Below, one piece after another: positions 48,205 through 57,693 of a DNA stretch of 64,000 bases. A program made the position numbers and the translations under genes. Where the stretch lies: NCBI GenBank assembly GCA_026396875.1, contig JAPLVY010000007.1:13047-77046 (forward strand), given 5' to 3'. Every line of letters starts with the position of its first letter. Positions within the stretch are counted from its first letter, which is position 1. The notes beneath the pieces are model-generated. The model did no database searches and was not told where the DNA came from. It saw nothing but the letters and a program-made list of their open reading frames with translations. Source of the DNA: Candidatus Falkowbacteria bacterium (GTDB lineage Bacteria; Patescibacteriota; Patescibacteriia; Patescibacteriales; UBA12465).

Positions 48205-49494
48205 TTATTTATTTTTCCACTCTTGTCCCTGACGAACCAGCAATTCATTGGCTCTTTGCGGTTCGGCCATGACTTCTAAAATAGCCTTTTCCATCCTGGA
48301 TCCCTGTGAGCCCTTAACTAAAATTAAATCTCCTGCTCCGATTCTCTGAACAGCAAATCCGCCAGCTTCGGTAGCGTGAGAAAAATAAAAAATATTTTCA
48401 GGGTTAAACCCATCTTCTTTGGCCCCCAAGGCGATGTGGTGAGCCCTTTCACCAACTAAAATTAACTGAGAAATTCCCGCAGCCACAACTTTTTTGCCAA
48501 CCAAACGATGCCCTTCCTCTGTGTAAGAGCCTAGCTCCAGCATCTCACCAAGAATGGCGATTTTGACAGAGTGCTCAGGAAGAGTCGCGCGCGACATCAC
48601 TTCCAGGGCAGCCGCGGTAGAATCGGGGGAGGCGTTATAGGTATCGTCGATAATAGAAGAATTTTTAATTCCTCGTAAAACCCTCAGGCGCCCCTTAGGA
48701 AGATAGAAGTGCTCTAGTGCAGAAGCGGTTTCGACAAGATTAAAAGAAAAGTGAGTGGCAACAACGGCGGCCGAAAGAGCAGATAAAACTGCCTTGTCAC
48801 TAATCGCTTCACGCAAAAACACTGGGACGCTAGAGCCATTATATTCCATTTTGAAAGAGAGCCCCGGTAAAAATCCTTCACCTTTTTCGTAGTTAAACCT
48901 TAAATCAACTGCTCGCAAATCAGCCTCCTTTGAAAAGCCATAGGTCAAAACCTTGGCGCGACTAGCCTCTGTCATAGAACTTACTAATTCTGAGTCGGCG
49001 TTTAAAACTGCCAGCCCTTTGCTTGGTAGCGATTCAATTAGCCCCTGTTTCTCCTTTTTTATTTTTTCCAAGCTACCAAAAAACTCCAAGTGAGAGTGAC
49101 TAACCGCAGTCACTACTCCAACTTGCGGTTTGGCAATTCTCGTTAAGTATCTCATGTCTCCAGGACGATCAACTCCTAACTCTAAAATTATCATCCGCGG
49201 ATAATTTTTGTTGCGCCAAAGCAGCAACTTCCAGGCATGAAAAAAAACTCCGAGCCAGCCAATCAAACTTGAACCCGGAGAGTCAGCACCGATTATCGTC
49301 AAAGGAACACCGATTTCATTGTTGTAATTCTTTAAAGGCGCTCGGACTGAAAATTTGGAAGACAGGACTGCGGCAATTGCCTCCTTGGCGGTCGTCTTGC
49401 CAACGCTACCAGTAATTCCTATAACCTCTGGCTGATATTTTTTCAAGATTAAGCCAGCCAGGATTCTTAGTTTTAATTGCAAAATCTTTTTCAT
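48205..49494 (-). CDS. murF: UDP-MurNAc-tripeptide--D-Ala-D-Ala ligase
   Basis: GITGSVGKTTAK, NNEIGVPLT, DDTYNASP, LGEMLELG, LVKGS. Confidence 0.92.
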   Translation of the reverse strand: MKKILQLKLRILAGLILKKYQPEVIGITGSVGKTTAKEAIAAVLSSKFSVRAPLKNYNNEIGVPLTIIGADSPGSSLIGWLGVFFHAWKLLLWRNKNYPRMIILELGVDRPGDMRYLTRIAKPQVGVVTAVSHSHLEFFGSLEKIKKEKQGLIESLPSKGLAVLNADSELVSSMTEASRAKVLTYGFSKEADLRAVDLRFNYEKGEGFLPGLSFKMEYNGSSVPVFLREAISDKAVLSALSAAVVATHFSFNLVETASALEHFYLPKGRLRVLRGIKNSSIIDDTYNASPDSTAAALEVMSRATLPEHSVKIAILGEMLELGSYTEEGHRLVGKKVVAAGISQLILVGERAHHIALGAKEDGFNPENIFYFSHATEAGGFAVQRIGAGDLILVKGSQGSRMEKAILEVMAEPQRANELLVRQGQEWKNK

Positions 49495-49509
49495 ATGAAT
49501 CAATAAAAA

Positions 49510-51567
49510 TTATTTCCTCGTCTTTGGTACTTGATAATATTTTAAGAGATAATCGATAATCCCCTGACCCAAAGGAACCGCTGTACTCTCGGCGTATTGT
49601 AACCCCTTAGGATTATCGATCTTGGTCAAAAGAACAAACTTTGGATCTTCAATCGGCGCCACGCCAACAAAAGTATGAATAAAATCACTCTTACTATAAG
49701 AACCCTTGGAGGCAACTTGAGCGGTACCAGTTTTGCCACCAATATAATAACCGCTGACCGCTGCTTTCTTAGAATGCCCTTTCTCGACAACGTTTGTCAA
49801 CATGGCCAAAACTGTATTAGCAGTATGTTCGGAAACTACCTGGCGAATAGGTTTTGGTTTAATTTCTATCTTTTCACCGCCGGGTTTAGAAATTTCCTTG
49901 ACCAGGTAAGGCTTCATCATTAGTCCTTTATTAGCCAAAGCCATATAAGAAACAACCATCTGCAAAGGGGTAACCGAAATTCCCTGGCCAAACGAGGCGG
50001 TGGAATAGTCAATCTCCGGAACTCTTCTTTGTAAAAGATTGGCGATAGTTCCTGGGACTTCTGACTCGAGCTCAATGCCAAACTTTTTACCAAAACCAAA
50101 ATTTTTCACATAATCCAGAAAGGTCTTTGCCCCAGTTTGACGCATCACAAAGATTGCCCCGGTATTTAGGGAGTTTTCCAAAACAAAATTCATATCCACA
50201 ACTCCATGAGCACCTTTTGTTGAATAATCTGAATTACTAATCGGCTTAGGCCAACCGGTGATAAACATTTGCCCGGGATCATTATAGGTCGAGTTGGGAG
50301 AAACTTTTCCCTGATCAATTCCGGCAGCCATTGTAATTGTTTTCATCACTGAACCAGGTTCATACTGAGAAAATATCGTTGGATTGTTGAAATATTGAAT
50401 ATCTTCTACTGACTTATAGTCATTTGGGTCAAAAGCTGGGTAAGAACACATCGCGATAATCGCACCGGTCTTCGGATCGCCAACAATAACGCTGCCGCCG
50501 GTAGCATTATACTTCTCGATTGCCGCTTTTAATTGGTCACAAACTGCAAATTCGACATTACGATCGATTGTTAATACCAAGTCACTGCCATCTTCCGGTT
50601 TAACATATTCCTGATCATTAACAATTAACATGTTTCTTCCTACGCCCTTCTCGGCCCTCAGGAAACCAAAAGTACCAGTTAACTCAGAATTAAAAAACCC
50701 CTCTAAGCCATAATGGCCGACACCATCGGTGTCCACAAAGCCAGCCAGGTGAGCCGCATTATCACCTTCGGGATAATATCGATACTTAAAAAATTCATAA
50801 CCTAGGCCTTTGATATCCAGAGGACGATTATTGTCGGCGGTGTTAACTATCTGTTCGTGGAGGATATCTAGGTCTTGTGCTCTGACCGAAGAAGTGGTTG
50901 AGATAAGCCCCGGAGTAGAAGTAGACTCTGAATAAATTGCTGCATAGAGTTTGAGTAAATCTTCGGTGGACATTTTTTTCACCAACGGTTCATAAGGATC
51001 ACCGGGCTTGTCTAAATGTTTCAAATAGCCAGCGATGATTTCTTCTTTCCTGGAATCAGCAGAGAAAATTGGGTCGCTAGCAATTGTGGCAATTTTGGCG
51101 GTCTTCTCCTCTGGCTTCAAAGTTTCATCGTCTTGAATATCTTGAATGGCTCTCAGTTTTTTCTTTTCATTTTCTTGAGCTAAGCGGCTATTTTCCTTTT
51201 CCATCAATGGCTTATCAAAGAAATTATACAATTTTTCCGCCATTGCCCGAGGGTCGGCAACATCTTTTGGGACTGCATAAAGTAGGGCAAAGTTTTTATT
51301 AGTAGCTAGTGGAAATAATAAACCGTCGCTGTCTCCCGGCATTACACTACTAAAAAATATCTGTCCCCTTTCCGGGCTCAATTTACTAAAAATCTGCTGC
51401 TGACCAGCCGCTAGTGCGGTATAATAATCGCTGTCTTTCACCTGTAACAAAAAAAGGCGGCCGATTAAAACCCCAATTAATAAAAAAACCACCACCACCA
51501 CTAAGCGGAGGCGGTTGTTCGAATCTTTCTTGTCTAGACAGGCATATTTTTCAGAATCACGCCACAT
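49510..51567 (-). CDS. ftsI: Class B penicillin-binding protein (FtsI-like)
   Basis: TM, RGQI, RYYP, EPGSVMK (SxxK), SLN (SxN), KTGTAQ; located in the dcw cluster. Confidence 0.92.
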   Translation of the reverse strand: MWRDSEKYACLDKKDSNNRLRLVVVVVFLLIGVLIGRLFLLQVKDSDYYTALAAGQQQIFSKLSPERGQIFFSSVMPGDSDGLLFPLATNKNFALLYAVPKDVADPRAMAEKLYNFFDKPLMEKENSRLAQENEKKKLRAIQDIQDDETLKPEEKTAKIATIASDPIFSADSRKEEIIAGYLKHLDKPGDPYEPLVKKMSTEDLLKLYAAIYSESTSTPGLISTTSSVRAQDLDILHEQIVNTADNNRPLDIKGLGYEFFKYRYYPEGDNAAHLAGFVDTDGVGHYGLEGFFNSELTGTFGFLRAEKGVGRNMLIVNDQEYVKPEDGSDLVLTIDRNVEFAVCDQLKAAIEKYNATGGSVIVGDPKTGAIIAMCSYPAFDPNDYKSVEDIQYFNNPTIFSQYEPGSVMKTITMAAGIDQGKVSPNSTYNDPGQMFITGWPKPISNSDYSTKGAHGVVDMNFVLENSLNTGAIFVMRQTGAKTFLDYVKNFGFGKKFGIELESEVPGTIANLLQRRVPEIDYSTASFGQGISVTPLQMVVSYMALANKGLMMKPYLVKEISKPGGEKIEIKPKPIRQVVSEHTANTVLAMLTNVVEKGHSKKAAVSGYYIGGKTGTAQVASKGSYSKSDFIHTFVGVAPIEDPKFVLLTKIDNPKGLQYAESTAVPLGQGIIDYLLKYYQVPKTRK

Positions 51568-51598
51568 AAATTTTATTGAGAATGGATACCATTGGTCA

Positions 51599-51949
51599 TT
51601 ATTTCATCGCCAGTGCCGGAGCTTTAATCGTCAAATAATCAACATTACCCACCGCCACCATATCCAAACTTTGAACTCTCGCCTTCAAGCTGCCGTAGGA
51701 CTGGAGTGCGAGAATCTTATTTTCATAAGCCCGCTTATCTTCATCTAAGTTTTTGGCTTGATTTTTTAAGCCCTGCATCACAACCCCCTTAACTACTAGA
51801 TCATTAGCACTAATTAGATAATAAAAACCGACAAGAACGAAAACAGAAAACAAAACAATATTCACCGAATGAAAAAAGTTGGAAGGATTGTCGCCTCTCC
51901 TGGACTGGTGATATCTCTTCTTGTCTTTATTTTTTTGCAACGATTTCAT
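51599..51949 (-). CDS. FtsL-like cell division protein
   Basis: Basic N-terminus, one TM and a coiled coil; lies between rsmH and ftsI. Confidence 0.65.
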   Translation of the reverse strand: MKSLQKNKDKKRYHQSRRGDNPSNFFHSVNIVLFSVFVLVGFYYLISANDLVVKGVVMQGLKNQAKNLDEDKRAYENKILALQSYGSLKARVQSLDMVAVGNVDYLTIKAPALAMK

Positions 51950-51968
51950 AGTCGTTTAAATAGTATGG

Positions 51969-52895
51969 TTATACTCTGATTGCTGCTCTCAATTTTGAGC
52001 TACGAGCTCGTGGATTTTCTTCACTTTCTTGCTCGCTTGGTATTAATGGTTTTTTGGTAATAATTTTCAAAGTCTTCTTGTGCCCGCAAACACAACGGAG
52101 AAAACTTGATGGGCAGATACAGTCCGTACTTTCCTGGCGAAAATAATTCTTAACAATCCGATCCTCCCCGCTGTGAAAAGAAACGAAAATTACTCGTGCC
52201 CCTGGCTTTAAAGCTTGCGGCAAAGCCGCCAAAGCATTTTCTAAATTTTTAAATTCGCCATTAGTAGCAATCCGCAGAGCCTGGAAAATTCTCGTTGCAG
52301 GATTGGTGCGATGATGCCCCTTCAATATTGGCGCCAGAGCTTCCAACAAGTCGCCGGTGGTTTTGATAACTTTTTTCTTGCGATATTCAACAATTAACTT
52401 AGCGGCAAAATATGCTTTTGGCTCATCTCCGTAAAGACGAAAGATGTCGGTTAGCTCGTGTAAGCTGTAGTAACGAAGAATGTTTTCAGTCTCTTCGTTT
52501 TCCGCACTATCCTGGCTGAAAGACATCGATAGTGGGCGATCACCTTGAAAAGAAAAACCTCTGTCCTGGTCATCCAGTTGTGCCGAAGAAAGTCCGAGAT
52601 CAAATACGGCGCCGTCAAATGGCCCATGTTTTTCAGCAATCTCTGCCAACTTACCAAAATTATCATGAATCAAGCTAATATTATTTACCCCCTCAATCTT
52701 GGCTCGTTCTTTGGCGTTATCTATCGCCAAAAGATCTAAGTCGGTAGAAAATACTCTTCCACTTGGACCAACCGCCTTAGCGATTGCTAATGAATAATTA
52801 GCACCGCCAAGAGTACCGTCAAAAATATTTTCACCTTTCTTTGGTTGTAAATATTTCAAAACCTCTGGCAACATTACGGGAATATGGGAATACAT
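51969..52895 (-). CDS. rsmH: 16S rRNA m4C1402 methyltransferase
   Basis: HIPVM, DGTLGG, DLGLSS.QLD, FQALRI, SFHSGEDR, NPRARS.KLR. Confidence 0.97.
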   Translation of the reverse strand: MYSHIPVMLPEVLKYLQPKKGENIFDGTLGGANYSLAIAKAVGPSGRVFSTDLDLLAIDNAKERAKIEGVNNISLIHDNFGKLAEIAEKHGPFDGAVFDLGLSSAQLDDQDRGFSFQGDRPLSMSFSQDSAENEETENILRYYSLHELTDIFRLYGDEPKAYFAAKLIVEYRKKKVIKTTGDLLEALAPILKGHHRTNPATRIFQALRIATNGEFKNLENALAALPQALKPGARVIFVSFHSGEDRIVKNYFRQESTDCICPSSFLRCVCGHKKTLKIITKKPLIPSEQESEENPRARSSKLRAAIRV

Positions 52896-52898
52896 AGA

Positions 52899-53330
52899 TT
52901 AGATGCCCAAGTCACCGAGTTCTTCGGCAATGGCATTACTATTCTTTTCAGCGCTTGCTTTATAATTGTTCCACTGCCTCTCATCCCAGATTTCTAAACG
53001 GTTATACAGACCAGCGATAATCGTATTTTTCCTTAGGCCAGCGAACACTCTTAAATATTCAGGCAAATTGATTCTGCCCTGATTGTCAAAATCAACGTCC
53101 ATCGCTCCGGCCAACATGTGGCGAGCAAAGGCTCGCGCCTTCGCCTGACTGATTGGCAAGCTAGCAAATTTTTGAGCAATGACCTCAAACTGTTCTTTGG
53201 AATACAAAAATAAACAGTTGTCCAAACCCTTGGTAACGACTGCTCCCTTCTTTAGGATGGCGCGGAATTTAGCCGGAATAGCTAGTCTTCCTTTGTCGTC
53301 CAGGTTGTGATTGTATTCTCCGATGAACAT
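52899..53330 (-). CDS. mraZ: Transcriptional regulator MraZ
   Basis: MFIGEY.H.LDDKGR, D.QGRI, R.EIWD. Confidence 0.97.
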   Translation of the reverse strand: MFIGEYNHNLDDKGRLAIPAKFRAILKKGAVVTKGLDNCLFLYSKEQFEVIAQKFASLPISQAKARAFARHMLAGAMDVDFDNQGRINLPEYLRVFAGLRKNTIIAGLYNRLEIWDERQWNNYKASAEKNSNAIAEELGDLGI

Positions 53331-53344
53331 AAAAAAACTTTTAA

Positions 53345-53411
53345 TTCACCACTTATCACCACAATTCACCTTTCGAATGTAATTATACCCCACCAGCCCC
53401 CAAGACGTCAA
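53345..53411 (-). promoter_or_regulatory. dcw promoter with three 10-bp-spaced MraZ-box repeats
   Basis: TTGACG-18-TATAAT (53411 to 53382), then GGTGA repeated with a 10-nt period (GGTGAATTGTGGTGATAAGTGGTGAA). Confidence 0.75.
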
Positions 53412-53504
53412 CAAAAAGATACCTGTGGAAAACTATCGACGATACAAAAACAAAAAAACACCCCTAAAGGGGTGTAGCGGCAAAATTATATGATATTAAT
53501 AATG

Positions 53505-53933
53505 CTAATTTATTTTTGTCAGGTCTCCATCCAAAATAGTTTCCACCATCGCTTTAATTTCGTCGGTGTAAGAAACTTCTTCGGGAATCGAATTAAGAAG
53601 GAAGGTCTTTTTACCGTTAACATAGGCGAAGCCAATTTCCATTAGAGTATTGCCACCGACATAATTATTAACGCCATTTTTATCAAAATTTAAAACCAGG
53701 ATGGCATCACTGCGGCAAATCGCTTCGTAGTACCACTTAATATAACCTTGAGATACTTTAGCTAAGTAATGCTCTCCGCCACTGATCTGGCTCCAAAGTT
53801 CTTTTTTCTCACCGCGGACAAAGGCCTCGTAATCGGGATGAACAATCCCTTCGTGTCCCAGGGCAGATAGTTTGCTTCGATACTCAAGCATCTTTTCTTT
53901 AAAGGCGGAGCTACCGCAAATAACGATTTTCAT
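53505..53933 (-). CDS. Nucleoside 2-deoxyribosyltransferase-like protein (paralog 2)
   Basis: MKIVICGS, SDAILVLN, YVGGNTLMEIGFAY...K. Confidence 0.7.
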   Translation of the reverse strand: MKIVICGSSAFKEKMLEYRSKLSALGHEGIVHPDYEAFVRGEKKELWSQISGGEHYLAKVSQGYIKWYYEAICRSDAILVLNFDKNGVNNYVGGNTLMEIGFAYVNGKKTFLLNSIPEEVSYTDEIKAMVETILDGDLTKIN

Positions 53934-54114
53934 AATTTTAACGCTTGATTTTTTGCAAATCACCATCAAGAACAATCGGCTGCAAGGCCCTCATCTCGTC
54001 GCTATAGCTCATGTCTGGCACCTCGTGAAGAAAATAGAGATCCTTCCTTAGTACATGAGCGAAGGCGGCCTCTAAAAAAGAATTGCCACCGACATAATTA
54101 TTAACGCCATTTTT
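53649..54114. repeat. 33-bp exact direct repeat (53649-53681 and 54082-54114)
   Basis: ATTGCCACCGACATAATTATTAACGCCATTTTT occurs in both NDT-like genes. Confidence 0.9.
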
Positions 54115-54357
54115 GTCGTAGTTGGCAACTAAGACTGCGTCTGCCTCAAAAATCTCCTGATAATAGGCGCGAATGAGGTCGTGATTAATCTTGTTTTCTG
54201 TTGACTCGGCCCGAGACTCCTGACCCCATTCATGGCTAGCATACTTCTCGGTGTTATGAGGCACAATCACCTGATTAAAACCGAGAGCATTGAGCTGACT
54301 CTTTAAAGTCAACATCTCGAAAGAAAATTTCATACTGCCACAAATGACAATTTTCAT
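53938..54357 (-). CDS. Nucleoside 2-deoxyribosyltransferase-like protein (paralog 1)
   Basis: MKIVICGS, ADAVLVAN, YVGGNSFLEAAFAH...K. Confidence 0.7.
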   Translation of the reverse strand: MKIVICGSMKFSFEMLTLKSQLNALGFNQVIVPHNTEKYASHEWGQESRAESTENKINHDLIRAYYQEIFEADAVLVANYDKNGVNNYVGGNSFLEAAFAHVLRKDLYFLHEVPDMSYSDEMRALQPIVLDGDLQKIKR

Positions 54358-54361
54358 AAAA

Positions 54362-54907
54362 TTATAATTTTAAACCTTTAATAAAGCCAAATAAAGTCGG
54401 CGCGAAGTCCAAAATCGCCTGGATGAAGCGTGCTCTTTCCTTGTCGCTTAAATTAGTTAAACGCTCCATTGACCAAACCTCAAAACCGATTGCCTTGCCC
54501 TTCTCTACCTTTAAGTCAGCGACGTCTCCGCGATAGATATATAAGTATCGGGAAGTAAAAACATTATTTATTTTTCCAGTCACCTTGTCTTCGGCATTCT
54601 TCCTGATTTTCTTGATCAACAATAAATCACAAGGATCGATTTTAATTCCCGTTTCTTCCAGGGATTCTTTGAGTGCCGTCTCTTCATAGCTATCGCCTAT
54701 CTCCACGTGGCCGCCTACGGTAGCGTCAAGTAGATCTGGGTAAGTGTCCTTATCTTTTGCGCGGTGCTGAAAAATTATTTCTCTCTTGGGGGTGACAAAA
54801 TAAACGTGCGTTTCGCGATGCAACAATCCTTCTTGATGAATTTTTTCGCGAGTCTCAGCGCCGATGATTTCATCATCTTCGCTCACGATATTTAATAGTT
54901 CTTTCAT
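54362..54907 (-). CDS. Nudix hydrolase (IDI/YfcD-like)
   Basis: H..GLLHR, QHRA..KD.YP...D.TVGGHV..GDSYEETALKESLEETG (Nudix box). Confidence 0.9.
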   Translation of the reverse strand: MKELLNIVSEDDEIIGAETREKIHQEGLLHRETHVYFVTPKREIIFQHRAKDKDTYPDLLDATVGGHVEIGDSYEETALKESLEETGIKIDPCDLLLIKKIRKNAEDKVTGKINNVFTSRYLYIYRGDVADLKVEKGKAIGFEVWSMERLTNLSDKERARFIQAILDFAPTLFGFIKGLKL

Positions 54908-54918
54908 AAAAAATAAAA

Positions 54919-55317
54919 TTATTTTTTCTTCCCGATATTTGGTTCGGCATCATAGTGAGGGGCTACAATTGTCAAACCCTGAGCCTTTTTGATGTCTTCT
55001 GGAACAATCACCCCATCTTTATCAATCGCCACGACTGGTACTCCAAGAGAAAAAGCCAGAGCGTTAGCGGTAATTACTCCGATACGCAAACTCGTAAAAG
55101 TGCCGCCACGATTAACCACTTCAATACCAGACAACTCTTTTAATTGGAACCAATTTTTAACCAACATTTTTTCAATTGCTGGTAATAATTTTTCTGCTTG
55201 CTTTTTTGGTGCCAAGAACTTTTTTTTGGCAAGAGTTTTTCCGCCGCTCTTTAACATCAGGATGATTTCTGATTGCGAAGCGGTATCAATCGATAAAATT
55301 AATTCTGTTTTTTTCAT
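54919..55317 (-). CDS. tsaB: TsaB (YeaZ) family protein, short form
   Basis: LSIDTAS, AEKLLPAIE, GGTFTSLRIG..ANALA, PHY. Confidence 0.8.
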   Translation of the reverse strand: MKKTELILSIDTASQSEIILMLKSGGKTLAKKKFLAPKKQAEKLLPAIEKMLVKNWFQLKELSGIEVVNRGGTFTSLRIGVITANALAFSLGVPVVAIDKDGVIVPEDIKKAQGLTIVAPHYDAEPNIGKKK

Positions 55318-55322
55318 ATATT

Positions 55323-56282
55323 TTATTCTTCAACCCAAGCATTGAAAATATCCTTAATTTCCTGGGATGTAAAAACTTTTACCAACTGGCTGCGCAGATG
55401 ACTGGCCCCTGGTATCCCCTGGGCATACCAGCAAAGATGCCGGCGAAGTTCCACAATTGCTCCTGGTCCTTTTAATTTTTCCTCCAACTCTGCATGGCGG
55501 ATGGCAATGGCAGCAATTTCCTGTTTAGATAAATTTATTTCTCGATCATTTTTTATTTCCCGAAACAACCAAGGGCGACCAAGGGACCCGCGAGCTAATC
55601 CAAGGCCATCCGCGTCGCTTTCTGACAGTATTTTCCGTGCTTGCTCCAGATTGTCGATGCCACCATTTGCTAGAATAATCCCAGAAAAGTGCTTGCGCGC
55701 CTCCTTAATTAATTCGCAATTGATTTCACCAACAAACCCCTGGGCCAAAGTTCTCCCATGAATCATCACCGCTGAAACCGGCAAATCTGCGATATTATCT
55801 AGAAAATCACTAGCAGAAACTGCACCCGCGCCAGCTCTAATCTTAACAGAAACTGGTAAGCTAGTATTTTCTATAACGGCCTTCACAACCTCTCTAGCGC
55901 GCGGCAAATCTTTCATTAAATCGGCGCCGGCACCCTGCTTAATGACTTTGCCGACCGGGCAGCCAAAGTTGATATCAATACCATCGGGTTTAATCACTTG
56001 TTCAATTAGGCGTGCGGCGACCGCGAAGTGCTCTGGCTCTGAACCAAAAATTTGTACAACGTAATGGGCTTTTTGCGCAGGATCAAATTTCAAGATATCA
56101 AAAGTCCTGTGCCCTAGATCTTTTTGGTGGTAAAAAATTGAGGCCACCGAAGCCATCTCACTGTAAACAACATCAGCGCCGTATTCCGAGCAAATTATCC
56201 TAAAAGGCGAGTCGCTAAAACCCGCCATCGGCGCCAAAGCTAGAATTGGCTTTTTGATCTTGTGCCAAAAATTCTCCTTCAT
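55323..56282 (-). CDS. dusB: tRNA-dihydrouridine synthase (DusB-like)
   Basis: LAPMAG, QIFG, DINFGCP, VKIR, HGRT, ANGGI, ARG..G.PW. Confidence 0.93.
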   Translation of the reverse strand: MKENFWHKIKKPILALAPMAGFSDSPFRIICSEYGADVVYSEMASVASIFYHQKDLGHRTFDILKFDPAQKAHYVVQIFGSEPEHFAVAARLIEQVIKPDGIDINFGCPVGKVIKQGAGADLMKDLPRAREVVKAVIENTSLPVSVKIRAGAGAVSASDFLDNIADLPVSAVMIHGRTLAQGFVGEINCELIKEARKHFSGIILANGGIDNLEQARKILSESDADGLGLARGSLGRPWLFREIKNDREINLSKQEIAAIAIRHAELEEKLKGPGAIVELRRHLCWYAQGIPGASHLRSQLVKVFTSQEIKDIFNAWVEE

Positions 56283-56283
56283 G

Positions 56284-57690
56284 TTAAGCCTTGCTTATCT
56301 TCATACCATCCTTAGTATCTTCCACCAAATAACCGCGAGAACGGATTTCATCGCGCAGACGATCAGACTCCGACCAATCTTTGCTGTCCCTGGCAGAGTT
56401 GCGAGCGGTGAGTAATTTCTTAATATCATCCGGCAAACTACCAAGTGACAAATCGTCACGAGAGATGTGGGCCAGGCCCAAACCCAAAACAGCGTCAAAA
56501 TTAAGAATAGTTTTTAGGCGATCATTTGCTTCTTCGTCAGATTTTAAAAGTTCCTGAACTAGTGCAAGTGCTTGAGGGATATTCAAATCATCAGCCAATG
56601 CGGCTCTAAAACGACTGACAAAACTGTCTATCAGCCTACCCTCCCCGGAGGTTTCGCTCTTCAGTTCTGTTATTTTTCGCCGTAAGCTTTCCAAACCGCT
56701 CAGAGCATTCAGGGCTGAATCAGGGCGCCACTCCATCGGCTTTCGATAATGCCCCTGGAGAAGTAAAAAGCGATAAGCCAAAGGGTCAATATCTTGAGAA
56801 ATAAAAGTATTTTCTAGAGTTAGAAAATCTCCCGAACTTTTCGCCATTTTTTTACCTCCAGGAACAATCAAAAATGCCCCATGAAGCCAATAATTGAAAA
56901 ACTTCTCACCAGTAGCTGCTTCGCTTTGAGCAATCTCGTTAGTATGATGAATGTTTATGTGATCAACACCGCCACAATGAATATCCAGCTGTCCAGAAAG
57001 ATAGCGCAGACTCATCGCCGAGCATTCAATGTGCCAGCCAGGAAAGCCAATACCCCAAGGAGAGTCCCATTCCATTTGACGATTGCTACCAACTGGTGAA
57101 AATTTCCAGAGGGCAAAATCAGTAGAATTTTTCTTCTCCAGATTCTTCTCTACCCTTGCCCCTTCTTGTAGCTCCTCGAGAGGCAGATGGCTCAGCTTAT
57201 TATAGTCTTTGATCAGTGCGGTATTAAAATAAATTCCATCACTGGTCTTGTAGGTAAATCCTTTTTCTTCCAAGCGGGCAATCAAGGCAATTTGCTCATT
57301 GATGTGATCGGTTGCTCGGCAATAGATATTGGGTTCGATAATATTTAAATGCTGCAAGTCGGATTTAAAAGCTTCGGTGTAAAAAGAAGCGATATCCCAA
57401 GCACTGCGTCCTTCACGCAGAGCACCTGACTCCATCTTATCTTCCCCCATATCCATGTCGCCGACCAAGTGGCCGACGTCGGTAATATTCATGACGTGCT
57501 TCACTGGATAATCAAAATACGAGAGAGTACGCTTTAAGAGGTCCTCAAAAATATAGGTTCGCAAATTACCAATGTGGGCAAAATTATAGACAGTTGGGCC
57601 ACAGGTGTACAAGCCAACCTCAGAAGATTCTGAGTTGAATTCTTCTTTTCTATTACTTAAAGTATTGTATAAAAAAATTTTATTATCCAT
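56284..57690 (-). CDS. cysS: Cysteine--tRNA ligase
   Basis: CGPTVY..AHIGN, DFALWK, PGWHIECSAM, HHTNE, KMAKS. Confidence 0.98.
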   Translation of the reverse strand: MDNKIFLYNTLSNRKEEFNSESSEVGLYTCGPTVYNFAHIGNLRTYIFEDLLKRTLSYFDYPVKHVMNITDVGHLVGDMDMGEDKMESGALREGRSAWDIASFYTEAFKSDLQHLNIIEPNIYCRATDHINEQIALIARLEEKGFTYKTSDGIYFNTALIKDYNKLSHLPLEELQEGARVEKNLEKKNSTDFALWKFSPVGSNRQMEWDSPWGIGFPGWHIECSAMSLRYLSGQLDIHCGGVDHINIHHTNEIAQSEAATGEKFFNYWLHGAFLIVPGGKKMAKSSGDFLTLENTFISQDIDPLAYRFLLLQGHYRKPMEWRPDSALNALSGLESLRRKITELKSETSGEGRLIDSFVSRFRAALADDLNIPQALALVQELLKSDEEANDRLKTILNFDAVLGLGLAHISRDDLSLGSLPDDIKKLLTARNSARDSKDWSESDRLRDEIRSRGYLVEDTKDGMKISKA

Positions 57691-57693
57691 AGA

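Noticed and set aside
53505-54357. Diversity-generating retroelement TR/VR pair for the 33-bp repeat
   Set aside because: The repeat is exact, short and inside paralogous CDSs; no adenine-specific mismatches and no reverse transcriptase
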